DNA of 46,907 nt from the NCBI GenBank assembly GCA_049967655.1, contig JBMFSH010000020.1:1-46907 (forward strand), written 5' to 3'. The position numbers were made by a program, and so were the translations under genes. Positions 27,061 through 36,848 of the stretch are shown here, in pieces (the first letter of the stretch is position 1; every line of letters starts with the position of its first letter). The stretch is from Acidobacteriota bacterium. Lineage in GTDB: Bacteria > Acidobacteriota > UBA4820 > DSQY01. The notes under the pieces are model-generated. The model had not been told where the DNA came from. It did not search any database and worked only from the letters and a program-made list of their open reading frames with translations.

Positions 27061-27432
27061 ATGCACGAGTGGAGTCTGGCCTGCGAGCTGGTGCGTCAGG
27101 CCGAGACCGAGGCCCGCCGCCGGAGCGCGCTGGGCGTCCATGCCGTCAAGGCGTCGGTGGGGGTGCTAACGGGGGTCGTCCCGGAGCTCCTCCAGCGGGC
27201 TTACGAGATCGCCCGGCAGGGCACCTGCCTGGAGGAGGCACCCCTGGAGATCGAGGTGGAGGCGGTCCGCGCCCGATGTCCCCAGTGCGGACGGGAGGTC
27301 ACCCTGCACTCCCCCGCCCTGGTCTGCCCGGACTGTTCCGCCCTGGGGTTGGAAGTGCTCGGAGGCGACGGGATTATCCTCGTTGGCCTGGAGCTGGAGG
27401 TCGCCGAAGCGGCGGGAGGGGATCATGTGTGA
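27061..27432 (+). CDS. hypA: Nickel metallochaperone
   Basis: N-terminal MHE and two CxxC motifs (CPQC, CPDC). Confidence 0.95.
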   Translation: MHEWSLACELVRQAETEARRRSALGVHAVKASVGVLTGVVPELLQRAYEIARQGTCLEEAPLEIEVEAVRARCPQCGREVTLHSPALVCPDCSALGLEVLGGDGIILVGLELEVAEAAGGDHV

Positions 27433-28168
27433 AACCTGCGGATGCGGGCTTCCTGAGGAAGCCAAGAATCACGTTCATGAACACGATCACGACCCGGGGC
27501 ACACCCACCGAGAAGAGGCGGTTCTCTACCGCAACCTTCTGGCCGCCAACGAAGCCCAGGCTAGGGAGAACAGGGCCCACCTCATGGAGCACGGCATCCT
27601 GGCGGTCAACTTGATGTCCTCTCCCGGCGCGGGCAAGACGAGCCTCATCGAGGCGGTGACCGCCTCGCTCGCGGACCGGCTCAGGGTGGGGGTCATCGAG
27701 GGGGACCTGGCCACCGACCGCGACGCCGAGCGCATAAGGGCTCTTGGGCTCCCCGTCTGGCAGATCACCACCGGCTCCACGTGCCACCTCGATGCGGCCA
27801 TGGTTCACGAGGCGCTGCACCACCTACCCCTCGAAAGCATAGACCTGCTCTTCGTGGAGAACGTGGGCAACCTGGTCTGCCCAGGCCTCTACGACCTTGG
27901 ATGTCATTTGAATGGGGTCCTGCTGTCGGTGACCGAGGGCGACGACAAGGTGGCCAAGTACCCGGTCATCTTCAGGTACGCCCAGTTCTTCTGCATCACC
28001 AAGTCCGACCTCCTTCCATACGTCTCCTTTGATGCGGTCAAGCCCCAGCGCGAGGCTCGGATCCTCAAGGGAGACCTCAAGACCTTCTCGCTCTCGGCAA
28101 AGAGCCGCGAGGGCGTGGGCTCGTTCTTGAACTACCTGCTGGCTGAAAGGGCCGCGCTCACGGCTTGA
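27425..28168 (+). CDS. hypB: Nickel-insertion GTPase
   Basis: MCETCGC, His-rich segment, SSPGAGKT, ENVGNLVCP, TEGDDK..KYP. Confidence 0.96.
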   Translation: MCETCGCGLPEEAKNHVHEHDHDPGHTHREEAVLYRNLLAANEAQARENRAHLMEHGILAVNLMSSPGAGKTSLIEAVTASLADRLRVGVIEGDLATDRDAERIRALGLPVWQITTGSTCHLDAAMVHEALHHLPLESIDLLFVENVGNLVCPGLYDLGCHLNGVLLSVTEGDDKVAKYPVIFRYAQFFCITKSDLLPYVSFDAVKPQREARILKGDLKTFSLSAKSREGVGSFLNYLLAERAALTA

Positions 28169-28293
28169 AAGCGGGCGGACCGGAGATCAAACCACGCGTG
28201 GGCTAGGCCCTCAGCTCATGCGCTCCTGTATCATTGCGAAACGATGCCCCCCCTCGGCCGCCGCGCAAGCTTACGTGTGTTTTCACCCTAAAG

Positions 28294-28350
28294 AGTGAGT
28301 AATTACATATCACTAAGCGCATTGACATCTAAAAAAGGGGAACTCACATT
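28294..28350 (+). promoter_or_regulatory. Sigma70 promoter of the hydrogenase operon with upstream palindrome
   Basis: TTGACA (28322-28327), 17 bp, CACATT (28345-28350); AGTGA-N11-TCACT at 28294-28314. Confidence 0.6.
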
Positions 28351-28415
28351 ACCAGAGGATTCTCATCTTTGGGGGGAACATCTTCACCCGTTACCGGTCT
28401 TTTGAGGAGGTGGCC

Positions 28416-29549
28416 ATGGGCAAGGCCAGGGGGTTTCCCGTACCGGGGGGCAGTGTGTCTGACCAAGAGGCGGGCGGCGTCGGCAGGCGGGACTTTCTGA
28501 AGGTGTGCACCATGGCGGCGGCCGCCGTGGGCCTATCCGCCTCGGTAGGCAAGGCTTGGGCCGAGGCGGCGGCGAAGGGGCTGAAGCCCTCCGTCATCTG
28601 GCTCCACTTCCAGGAATGCACGGGCTGCACCGAGTCTCTCCTGAGGACCAGCCACCCCAAGGTGGCGGAGCTGATCCTCGACCTCATCTCCCTGGACTAC
28701 CACGAGACCCTCTTCGCCGCCGCTGGCCATCAGGCGGAAGACGCGCTGAAGGCCGCCATGGAAAAGGGCGCGGGCAAATACATCTGCGTAGTGGAGGGGG
28801 GCATTCCCACCAAGGATGGCGGCATCTATTGCCAGATCGCCGGACGCACGGCGCTGGATATGTTGAAGGAGGTCGCGGACAAGGCCGGCGCTATCATCGC
28901 CATCGGCTCCTGCGCCTCCTGGGGCGGCATCCAGGCGGCCGATCCCAATCCCACTGGCGCCAAGGGCGCCCCGCAGATCCTTGAAGGCAAGACCGCGGTG
29001 TCGATTCCCGGCTGCCCTCCCAACCCCTACAACTTCCTCGGCGTGGCGCTACAGTACGCCACATTCGGAACCCTCCCGGCCCTGGACAAGCTGGGCCGGC
29101 CCATGTTCGGGTACGGCCGCGTCATCCACGAAGACTGTCCGAGGCGGCCGCACTTCGATGCCGGCCGCTTCGTGCAGCAGTTCGGGGACGAAGGGCATAG
29201 GCTGGGGTACTGCCTCTACAAGATGGGCTGCAAGGGTCCCGTGACGCACGCGAACTGCTCCATCCAGGATTTCGGCGAAATCCCCGGCGTCTGGCCGGTG
29301 GGCATCGGCCACCCGTGCGTGGGCTGCACCGAGCAGGCCATCCTCTGGCAGCTGCCCATCACCGCCACCGTGGAGATCGAGCACCCCACTCCGCCGGCCC
29401 TGTACCCACCCATCAACCCCGAACACGGGGGCGTGAGCCCGGTGGCGACGGGCGTGGCGGGCCTGGTCGGAGGAGCCCTCATCGGGGCGGGCATCATGGC
29501 CTCGAAGAAGCTCATGGCCGAAGGCAAGGCCACGACCAAGGAGGAGTGA
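28416..29549 (+). CDS. hybO: [NiFe]-hydrogenase small subunit (Hyb-type), Tat-exported, C-terminal TM anchor
   Basis: GRRDFLK Tat motif, ECTGC, GSC, PGCPP, H.DC...CLYKMGCKGP, GHPCVGC. Confidence 0.93.
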   Translation: MGKARGFPVPGGSVSDQEAGGVGRRDFLKVCTMAAAAVGLSASVGKAWAEAAAKGLKPSVIWLHFQECTGCTESLLRTSHPKVAELILDLISLDYHETLFAAAGHQAEDALKAAMEKGAGKYICVVEGGIPTKDGGIYCQIAGRTALDMLKEVADKAGAIIAIGSCASWGGIQAADPNPTGAKGAPQILEGKTAVSIPGCPPNPYNFLGVALQYATFGTLPALDKLGRPMFGYGRVIHEDCPRRPHFDAGRFVQQFGDEGHRLGYCLYKMGCKGPVTHANCSIQDFGEIPGVWPVGIGHPCVGCTEQAILWQLPITATVEIEHPTPPALYPPINPEHGGVSPVATGVAGLVGGALIGAGIMASKKLMAEGKATTKEE

Positions 29550-29550
29550 A

Positions 29551-30444
29551 ATGGGCGTGGACCGTCGCACCGCATTAAAAGGCATGGCCGTGGCGGGCGC
29601 GGCGCTGCTCACCTCGGGTGCCGGAGACCAAGCGCGGGAGCCCCATCCCGCTCCCTCCGATGCCGTGGGCATGCTCTACGACGCCACCCTCTGCATCGGC
29701 TGCAAAACCTGCGTGGTCGCCTGTCGCGAAGCCAACGACATGCCCCCGGAGAGGACCGCCCTCGGAGGAGGCATCTACGACTCCCCCATCAGCCTGGACG
29801 GACAGACGCGCAACATCATCAAGCTGTATGAGGGGACGGACGGCAAGAGCTCCTACATGAAGGCCCAGTGCATGCATTGTCTGGACCCCGCCTGCGTCGG
29901 GGCCTGCATGATTGGGGCGCTGCAGAAGCGCGAGCACGGCATCGTCACCTGGGACGGCAGCCGCTGCATCGGGTGCCGTTACTGCCAGGTGGCCTGCCCC
30001 TACCTCATCCCCAAGTTCACGTGGGACAGGGCCATCCCGAAGATCGTGAAGTGCGAGATGTGCGTTCAGCGCATCGACCAGGGCAAGATCCCCGGCTGCT
30101 GCGAGGTCTGCCCTAGGAGCGCGGTCATCTTCGGCAAATACGAAGACCTGCTGGCCGAGGCCAAGGACCGTCTGAAGAAAAAACCGGACCGCTATTATCC
30201 CAAGGTTTTCGGCGAGAGGGATGGAGGCGGCACACAGGTGCTCTACCTCTCCAAGGCCGGCATCTCCTTCACCGACCTCGGCCTGCCGGCGTTGGGCGAT
30301 ACGCCCGTGCCCGAGTTGTCGCAGGAGATCCAGCACGCGGCCTACAAGGGATTCATCGCTCCGGCCGTGCTCTACGTGGTCCTCGGTACCGTGATCTGGC
30401 GGAACAAGAAGGCTGAAGCCAAGGGCAAGGAGGGGCAGGCATGA
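29551..30444 (+). CDS. hybA: Hydrogenase-2 4Fe-4S ferredoxin subunit
   Basis: Twin-Arg N-terminus, CIGCKTC, CMHC..P.C, CIGCRYC, KCEMC, C-terminal TM. Confidence 0.92.
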   Translation: MGVDRRTALKGMAVAGAALLTSGAGDQAREPHPAPSDAVGMLYDATLCIGCKTCVVACREANDMPPERTALGGGIYDSPISLDGQTRNIIKLYEGTDGKSSYMKAQCMHCLDPACVGACMIGALQKREHGIVTWDGSRCIGCRYCQVACPYLIPKFTWDRAIPKIVKCEMCVQRIDQGKIPGCCEVCPRSAVIFGKYEDLLAEAKDRLKKKPDRYYPKVFGERDGGGTQVLYLSKAGISFTDLGLPALGDTPVPELSQEIQHAAYKGFIAPAVLYVVLGTVIWRNKKAEAKGKEGQA

Positions 30445-31625
30445 CCGACCATGCGGTTCCGGTTGGGGGGCCGATTCTGACCCGTCCCTTCAAATGGCTC
30501 ATGGCCATCTTCGGGCTCGGAGTCGTCCTTCTCCTGTGGCGGTTCTTCGCGGGCCTGGGGGCGACCACGGCCCTGAACGACGGCTACCCATGGGGCCTAT
30601 GGATCGCCTTCGACGTCGTGACGGGGACGGCCCTGGGCTGTGGTGGCTATGCGGTGGCGATCCTCGTCTACATCCTCAACAAGGGCAAGTACCACTCCCT
30701 CGTTCGGCCCGCCATCCTGACGAGCGCCCTCGGCTACTCTTTGGCGGCCTTTGCCATCGTCTTCGACGTGGGGCGCTACTGGTACATCTACCGGATTCCC
30801 ATCCACTTCTGGCAGTGGAACCTCAACTCGGCGCTCCTCGAGGTGGCCCTCTGCGTCATGGCGTATGTGTTCGTCCTCTGGATCGAGATGGCGCCTCCCA
30901 TCCTCGAAGTAATGCAGGAAGGCTCCTCGCCCTTCTTCAAGCGCCTGGCCCAGACCACCCTGCCCATCCTCAACAAGAGCATGGTTTTCGTCGTGGCCCT
31001 TGCCCTCCTGCTCCCCACCATGCACCAGTCCTCCCTGGGGACCGTCATGATGCTGGCGGGGCAGAAGCTGAACCCGCTCTGGCAGACCCCCTTCCTGCCG
31101 CTCCTCTTCCTCGTTTCGGTGGTGGGCATGGGGTACGCGGTGGTGGTCTTCGAGTCCACCCTCTCCAGCTTCTTCCTCAAGCGCCCCTACGAGACGGAGA
31201 TGCTAGGCTCGCTCGCCAAGATCATGGCCTACATCACCATCGTTTTCCTCGCCATCCGCCTGCTCGACCTGCTTTACAGGGGAGCGTTCGGCCTGGCCTT
31301 CACCTCGGGGTGGCTCAGCTTCTTCTTCTGGCTGGAGATCGTCCTCTTCGTGGCCTCCGCGGCCATGGGCCTCTCCCCCGCCGTCCGCGCCAATCCGGGC
31401 CGCCTCTTCCAGATGGCCATGATGATGCTGCTCGCGGGCGGGTTGTACCGGTTCGACACCTATCTGGTCGCCTTCAACCCGGGACCCGGGTGGTCCTACT
31501 TCCCGTCGGTCCCCGAGTTGTTCATCACCATCGGGGTCGTGGCTTTGGAGATCATGATCTACATCGTGTTCATCAAGCGATTCCCGATCCTTGGGGGAGC
31601 GTCTCCCGCCCTGTCGCGGGCTTGA
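30441..31625 (+). CDS. hybB: NrfD-family integral membrane subunit of hydrogenase-2
   Basis: LNDGYPWGLWIAFDV, LPTMHQSSLG, YRFD.Y; about 10 TM helices. Confidence 0.92.
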   Translation: MTDHAVPVGGPILTRPFKWLMAIFGLGVVLLLWRFFAGLGATTALNDGYPWGLWIAFDVVTGTALGCGGYAVAILVYILNKGKYHSLVRPAILTSALGYSLAAFAIVFDVGRYWYIYRIPIHFWQWNLNSALLEVALCVMAYVFVLWIEMAPPILEVMQEGSSPFFKRLAQTTLPILNKSMVFVVALALLLPTMHQSSLGTVMMLAGQKLNPLWQTPFLPLLFLVSVVGMGYAVVVFESTLSSFFLKRPYETEMLGSLAKIMAYITIVFLAIRLLDLLYRGAFGLAFTSGWLSFFFWLEIVLFVASAAMGLSPAVRANPGRLFQMAMMMLLAGGLYRFDTYLVAFNPGPGWSYFPSVPELFITIGVVALEIMIYIVFIKRFPILGGASPALSRA

Positions 31626-31632
31626 AGGGGGT

Positions 31633-33354
31633 ATGAGCATGAGTCCTCGGATCACAGTGGACCCGATTACAAGAATCGAAGGTCACCTCCGGATCGACGT
31701 GGAGGTGAACGGCGGGGCGGTGCAGGACTCCTGGTCCTCGGGCCAGATGTTCAGGGGCATAGAAATCATCCTGCAGGGAAGAGATCCCAGAGACGCCTGG
31801 CTCTTCACGCAACGCATTTGCGGCGTCTGCACGACGGTCCACGCCATCACCTCGGTGCGGGCCGTGGAGAACGCCCTGAACCTGGAGATTCCCATCAACG
31901 CGCAATACATCCGCAACCTCATCCTTTGCGCCCACGCTCTCCACGACCACATCGTTCACTTCTACCAATTGTCGGCGCTGGATTGGGTGGACGTGGTCTC
32001 CGCCCTCAAGGGCAATCCTACGAGCACCGCGGCCCTGGCCGAGAGCCTCTCGCCCTGGCCCGGCAACAGCCGCAAGCAGTTCGAAGCGGTGAAGGACAAG
32101 CTGGCGGGATTCGTCCAGGGAGGACAACTCGGCATCTTCACGAACGGCTATTGGGGCCATCCGGCCATGAAGCTCCCACCGGATGTAAACCTCCTAGCCG
32201 TATCTCACTACCTCCAGGCCCTGGACGCGCAGCGGAAAGCCAACCAGGTGGTGGCCATCCTGGGCGGGAAGACACCCAACATCCAGAACCTGGCCGTGGG
32301 CGGTGTGGCCAACGCCATCAACCTCGACAACGAATCCACCCTGAACATGAACAAGCTGTTCATGGTGAAGGATCTGCTGGACGAGGTCGCCACCTTCGTG
32401 CAGCAGGTCTACCTCATCGACGTCTGCGCCATCGGGGCGCTCTACGCGGACTGGCTCAAATACGGAGCGGGCGTGACCAATTACCTGGCCGTTCCGGACC
32501 TGCCCCTGGATACCAAAGGAACTCAGTTCGACCTGCCCGGTGGAACCATCTTCAACAAGGATCTCGGCACGGCGAAAGCGATCACTAGCTTCCAGGACCC
32601 CTATTTCCGGGACAACGTGACCGAATGCATCGCCCACTCTTGGTACGACGGCGACTGGGACAAGCATCCCTACGAAGAGACGACCGATCCCAAATATACG
32701 GACTTCAACCCCGCCGGGAAATACTCGTGGGTGAAGGCTCCGCGCTTCCAAGGCAAGCCCATGCAGGTGGGGCCCCTGGCCCAGGTCCTGGTGGGCTTCG
32801 CCACGGGGCACGAGCCCACGAAGCGCTGGGCCACCCACGCGCTCCAGACCGCTGGCGCCGTCGCCAAGGCCCAGCTGAGCCCTGCCGTCCTCCACGGGAC
32901 ACTGGGCCGCCACCTCGGCCGCGCCGTGAGGGCGGCCGTCATCTCCGAGCTCGCGCTCCAACAGTGGCAGCGGCTGGCCGAGAACGTCGGCAAGGGTGAC
33001 GTCGCCATCTTCAATCCTCCGACCTTCCCCAAGGGAGAGATCCAGGGCTTCGGCTTCCACGAGGCGCCCCGCGGGACGCTCTCCCACTGGGTGGTCATCG
33101 ACAACGGGAAGATCAAGAACTATCAGGCCGTCGTGCCTTCTACCTGGAATGCTGGCCCGAGAGACGAGAAGGGCCAGAAGGGGCCCTACGAGGCCTCCCT
33201 CCTGGGCAATCCCATCGCCGATCCGGCAAAACCCTTGGAGGTCCTGCGCACCATCCACTCCTTCGATCCCTGCCTCGCCTGCGCCATCCATACCCTGGAC
33301 GTGGAGGGAACGGAACTCTCGAAGGTCAACGTTTTCAACTCCTGCGACGCATGA
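31633..33354 (+). CDS. hybC: [NiFe]-hydrogenase large subunit (group 1, Hyb-type)
   Basis: DPITRIEGH, L1 RICGVC, L2 DPCLACAIH followed by a cleavable C-terminal extension. Start at 31633 or 31639. Confidence 0.95.
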   Translation: MSMSPRITVDPITRIEGHLRIDVEVNGGAVQDSWSSGQMFRGIEIILQGRDPRDAWLFTQRICGVCTTVHAITSVRAVENALNLEIPINAQYIRNLILCAHALHDHIVHFYQLSALDWVDVVSALKGNPTSTAALAESLSPWPGNSRKQFEAVKDKLAGFVQGGQLGIFTNGYWGHPAMKLPPDVNLLAVSHYLQALDAQRKANQVVAILGGKTPNIQNLAVGGVANAINLDNESTLNMNKLFMVKDLLDEVATFVQQVYLIDVCAIGALYADWLKYGAGVTNYLAVPDLPLDTKGTQFDLPGGTIFNKDLGTAKAITSFQDPYFRDNVTECIAHSWYDGDWDKHPYEETTDPKYTDFNPAGKYSWVKAPRFQGKPMQVGPLAQVLVGFATGHEPTKRWATHALQTAGAVAKAQLSPAVLHGTLGRHLGRAVRAAVISELALQQWQRLAENVGKGDVAIFNPPTFPKGEIQGFGFHEAPRGTLSHWVVIDNGKIKNYQAVVPSTWNAGPRDEKGQKGPYEASLLGNPIADPAKPLEVLRTIHSFDPCLACAIHTLDVEGTELSKVNVFNSCDA

Positions 33355-33905
33355 GCGAGGAGGCGAACGAGAACGCCCGCCAGCGGATTTTGGTATTGGG
33401 CCTGGGCAACGTCCTCATGGGCGATGACGGATTCGGGCCCACCGTGGTGACCCTCCTGGCGGCGCAGTACGAACTTCCCGAGGGGGTGTCGGCGCTGGAC
33501 GCCGGCACCCCCGGTTTCGATCTGTCGCCCCACGTGTCCGGTCTCGACTCGCTGATCGTCGTGGATACGGTCAGGCTCGACGCGCCTGCGGGCACGCTGC
33601 GCCTCTACCGCCTCCCCGAGATAGTGGCCCACGTGCCCGTGGTCAGGGCCTCCCCGCACGAACCCGCCCTTCAGGAGGCGCTGCTCGCGCTCCAGTTCGC
33701 GGGCCAGGCGCCCGCGGAGGCCCTGCTCGTCGGCGCCGTCCCAGATCTCATCGATGTGGGACCCGGCCTCAGCGCTCCCCTGCGGGCGGCCGTGCCGGAG
33801 GCCTTACGGGAGGTCATCCTCGAACTGGAGAGGCTCGGGCGTCCCGCGGTCAAGCGGAGGACTCCCCTGCCGGCGAACCTCTGGTGGGAAGAAAAAGTCA
33901 CCTGA
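33351..33905 (+). CDS. hybD: Hydrogenase maturation endopeptidase
   Basis: VLGLGNVLMGDDGFG, DAGT, IVVD, SPHE. Confidence 0.93.
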   Translation: MSEEANENARQRILVLGLGNVLMGDDGFGPTVVTLLAAQYELPEGVSALDAGTPGFDLSPHVSGLDSLIVVDTVRLDAPAGTLRLYRLPEIVAHVPVVRASPHEPALQEALLALQFAGQAPAEALLVGAVPDLIDVGPGLSAPLRAAVPEALREVILELERLGRPAVKRRTPLPANLWWEEKVT

Positions 33906-33925
33906 GGCCGCAAGCCGGAGGCTGG

Positions 33926-34309
33926 ATGGCGCGCCTGGAACGCTGGCTGGTCATTCTGATCGCTCTGCACAGCGCCGCCGTGGGGTTGTTCCTGGTGGCC
34001 GCGCCCGAGTGGTCGGCGACCACCTTGGGCGGTTGGAGTCAGGTCGCTCCCATTTTCTTCCCGCGCCAGGCGGGCGTTTTCCACCTTGTGCTGGCCGCCG
34101 GGTACCTCATCGAGTACTTCCAGTACCGCGGGATCACCCTGCTCGTGACCGCCAAGTGCATCGCCACCCTCTTCCTGCTCGCCTCGACGCTCGCGGGCGG
34201 GGTGCCGTGGATCGTTTCCGCCTCAGGCTTGGGCGATGGCCTGATGGGGATCAGCGTCATCCTCGTCCGGCTTCGGCGGACCTCTTCGGAGCGCGGGCGG
34301 TCTCGTTAG
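33926..34309 (+). CDS. Small 4-TM membrane protein, last gene of the hyb run
   Basis: Hydrophobic helices with 'FFPRQAGVFH' and 'GLGDGLMG'; GGAGG SD. Confidence 0.7.
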   Translation: MARLERWLVILIALHSAAVGLFLVAAPEWSATTLGGWSQVAPIFFPRQAGVFHLVLAAGYLIEYFQYRGITLLVTAKCIATLFLLASTLAGGVPWIVSASGLGDGLMGISVILVRLRRTSSERGRSR

Positions 34310-34338
34310 CGAGCCCGCGGTCGCACCTCGAACAATGT

Positions 34339-35865
34339 TCAGTTCACGTTGCGAGGCACGGGAGAGGTCCCGCTGAGTGCCTCGTAGGTGTCCTCCACTT
34401 CGTCGATCCCCAGCCGGAGGGTCATGGTGACGTGGTTGTAAAGGCACATCTCCAGGCCTTGGCATGCGGGGTCTCGCCCCAGAACCCTGACGATGACCTC
34501 GTTCGTGCTCGACAGCGCCTCGCAGACCTCCTGCACGCTGAAGCCCTGGCTGAACCTCCGCTCCGCCAGGTCTCGGCAGTAACCGAGGAAGGTGGACCTC
34601 TCCCGGGTTCGCACGGCGTTCATCAAGTGCCGCATGAGCTGGCGGAGGTACCACCTCAGGTCCTGAGTCTCCAGCCGCCGGTAGCCGAGAAACCACTGCT
34701 TGGCGCGCGGACCGTGGAAGCACTGCACGAGGGCCTCCATGATCTCCTCCTCGTGCTGCTCCATGAGGCGGTGCACCCGGAGATTCGCGCGAACCCGCAC
34801 CTCCTTCATGGCCGCCCGGTTTCGAGCGGCCCACTCGCTGGGATTGCTCTTGAGGTTCTCGATCAGGAACGGCATGCGCCGGATGATCTCGAGCCGCTCC
34901 TTGGGGCGCCATCCGATGCGCTCGAAGGTGCGGCTGGCATCCACGGTCATCGCCAGGTCGATGTAGCGGCCCATCCAAGGGCGTTCGAAGGGGCGCTCCC
35001 CCAGAAGCCGTCCCGCCACGTCCCTGGCGTACAGCCCGGACCAGCAGACCAATCGCGGTAGAAAAATGGGCTTCACCTTGTGCCCGAAATAGGCCGCGCA
35101 GGCCGCCTCGTAAAGTTCCAGATGGCTGACGGCCCCGTTCGTGCTCGCGATGACGATCTCGCCTGGATTGAGAATCTGGTGGCGATCCAGCAGGGCCAGC
35201 AGGAATGATGCGCCGTCCCTCACGTGGAGGTAAGGGACGGATGAGGCCCCCTTCCCCGCCAGGATCCGCGCGTTCCAAGCCTTCGAGAGCCAAGTCTGGA
35301 GGAACACGTAGAGCGGCGGATACTCGCACCAGTCCGAAAACATGGCCCCGAAGCGGACGATGCACGCGGGGATGCTGTCCCGGTATTCGCCGAGCATGGC
35401 CTCCCCGATCCGCTTGGTCTTGGCGTAGATGTGGTCGCCGTCGGGCGGCGAGCTTTCGTTCAGAACGCCTCCGGGGGGCGGAAATCGGGAGGCGGCCACC
35501 GAACTGGCAAAGATGAACCGCCTCAAATGCAGATGGCTGCACCGATCCAGCATGTTGCGAAGACCGTGGACGTTGGTGCGCCAATACTCGGGGTGGTCCT
35601 CTCCGGTGAAGTCGTAATGGGCCGCGAGGTGAATCACGACCTCCGCCCCCCCCTCACCCTCTATCTCGCGAAACACCTCGTCCAGCGGCTCCCGCTCGCC
35701 GATGTCCACCTGATACCAGGCGATGCTGTCGTGAATCGGTGCGCCACATTCGTGTTGTGACCGTCTGGCAATGGCCAAAATTCGGTAGCGGCCCTTGAGC
35801 GCCTCCAAAAGATGACGCCCGAGGAAGCCCGAGGCCCCCGTGACGACTAATCTTGGAAGGTCCAT
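34339..35865 (-). CDS. Extended SDR (NAD-dependent epimerase/dehydratase) fused to a C-terminal helical, RsbRD-N/globin-like domain
   Basis: TGASGFLG, HLAA, FASS, YAKTK (YxxxK); C-terminal ~150 aa with 'LAERRFSQGFSVQEV'. Extended -10 TGtTATGCT at 35884-35892. Confidence 0.8.
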   Translation of the reverse strand: MDLPRLVVTGASGFLGRHLLEALKGRYRILAIARRSQHECGAPIHDSIAWYQVDIGEREPLDEVFREIEGEGGAEVVIHLAAHYDFTGEDHPEYWRTNVHGLRNMLDRCSHLHLRRFIFASSVAASRFPPPGGVLNESSPPDGDHIYAKTKRIGEAMLGEYRDSIPACIVRFGAMFSDWCEYPPLYVFLQTWLSKAWNARILAGKGASSVPYLHVRDGASFLLALLDRHQILNPGEIVIASTNGAVSHLELYEAACAAYFGHKVKPIFLPRLVCWSGLYARDVAGRLLGERPFERPWMGRYIDLAMTVDASRTFERIGWRPKERLEIIRRMPFLIENLKSNPSEWAARNRAAMKEVRVRANLRVHRLMEQHEEEIMEALVQCFHGPRAKQWFLGYRRLETQDLRWYLRQLMRHLMNAVRTRERSTFLGYCRDLAERRFSQGFSVQEVCEALSSTNEVIVRVLGRDPACQGLEMCLYNHVTMTLRLGIDEVEDTYEALSGTSPVPRNVN

Positions 35866-36116
35866 CCCCCATCCTCTGCTCACAGCATAACAAGAAGCAC
35901 CGGGCGTAGAAAGCCCCGGCGAGGCCCCACGCGGTCGCCCCCAGGGGATGCGCCTCCACGAGGCGGCCGGGAGGGTTGTTTACGGGTGATTCTGTGAAGG
36001 ACCGGGGGTTGACCCCGAGGCGCTGGCAGGCCTCTCCCCGCGGCCTTGCGTGGGCCAACGGACGAGTGAAGCCAGCGCTATGAACGGATTCTCACGCCAC
36101 GGGCTGGCCCGTTGGA

Positions 36117-36848
36117 TCAATGGCCCCGCGCCGCGCGGTCGAGGAACCACGTCACGGGCCCCGCGGCCCGAACGCGGCCGGCCGGCAGTTGTGCGGCCGC
36201 GGACTCGGAGCCGTCGATCAAGATGCGGACCACCGGGGCCTTTTCCGCTCCCGCCACCAGAAACCAGATGGCCCTTGCCGCGGACAGCCCGCGCAGAGTG
36301 AGGGTGATCCGGCTCCGGGGGGTGATGCCCGGCGCGGCCTCCGCCGCCGCCACCCAGGCGGCGCTTTCCTCGAGCGCCGGCGAGCCCGGAAAGAGCGAGG
36401 CGGTATGGCCCTCATCCCCCAGCCCGAGGAGTACCAGGTCGAAGGCGGGCCCGTCCTCTCTGGCGAAGAAGGCGCGCAGCTCTCTCTCGTAGGTCGCGGC
36501 CGCCTCCGCCGGTGAGCCGAGGCCGACGGGCACGGGGTGAAGGTTGTCCGGGGCAATGGGGATCCTTTCCAGCAGCGTCTCCTTCACCATTCTGAAATTG
36601 CTGGCCGGATCGCTCGGCGGAACGAACCGCTCGTCACCCCAGAAAAGGTGGATGCGGTCCCACGGAAGAGCCCCCGCCCCACCCTCGGCGAGAAGCGCAT
36701 ACAACCGCCGAGGGGTGTGGCCTCCCGAGAGGGCCAGGGAGAAGCGCCCACGCTGGCGCACCGCCTCGCGCGCCATCTCGCCCAGGCGCTCGGCGGCATT
36801 CAGGCTCAGCGCCTCCAGATCATCGAAAACCAGGACCTCCGGTTTCAT
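36117..36848 (-). CDS. pgl: 6-phosphogluconolactonase
   Basis: [40 protein letters not shown]. Confidence 0.95.
   Translation of the reverse strand: MKPEVLVFDDLEALSLNAAERLGEMAREAVRQRGRFSLALSGGHTPRRLYALLAEGGAGALPWDRIHLFWGDERFVPPSDPASNFRMVKETLLERIPIAPDNLHPVPVGLGSPAEAAATYERELRAFFAREDGPAFDLVLLGLGDEGHTASLFPGSPALEESAAWVAAAEAAPGITPRSRITLTLRGLSAARAIWFLVAGAEKAPVVRILIDGSESAAAQLPAGRVRAAGPVTWFLDRAARGH

Noticed and set aside
31633..33354. Possible [NiFeSe] hydrogenase
   Set aside because: The L2 motif is DPCLAC encoded by TGC codons, with no in-frame TGA.
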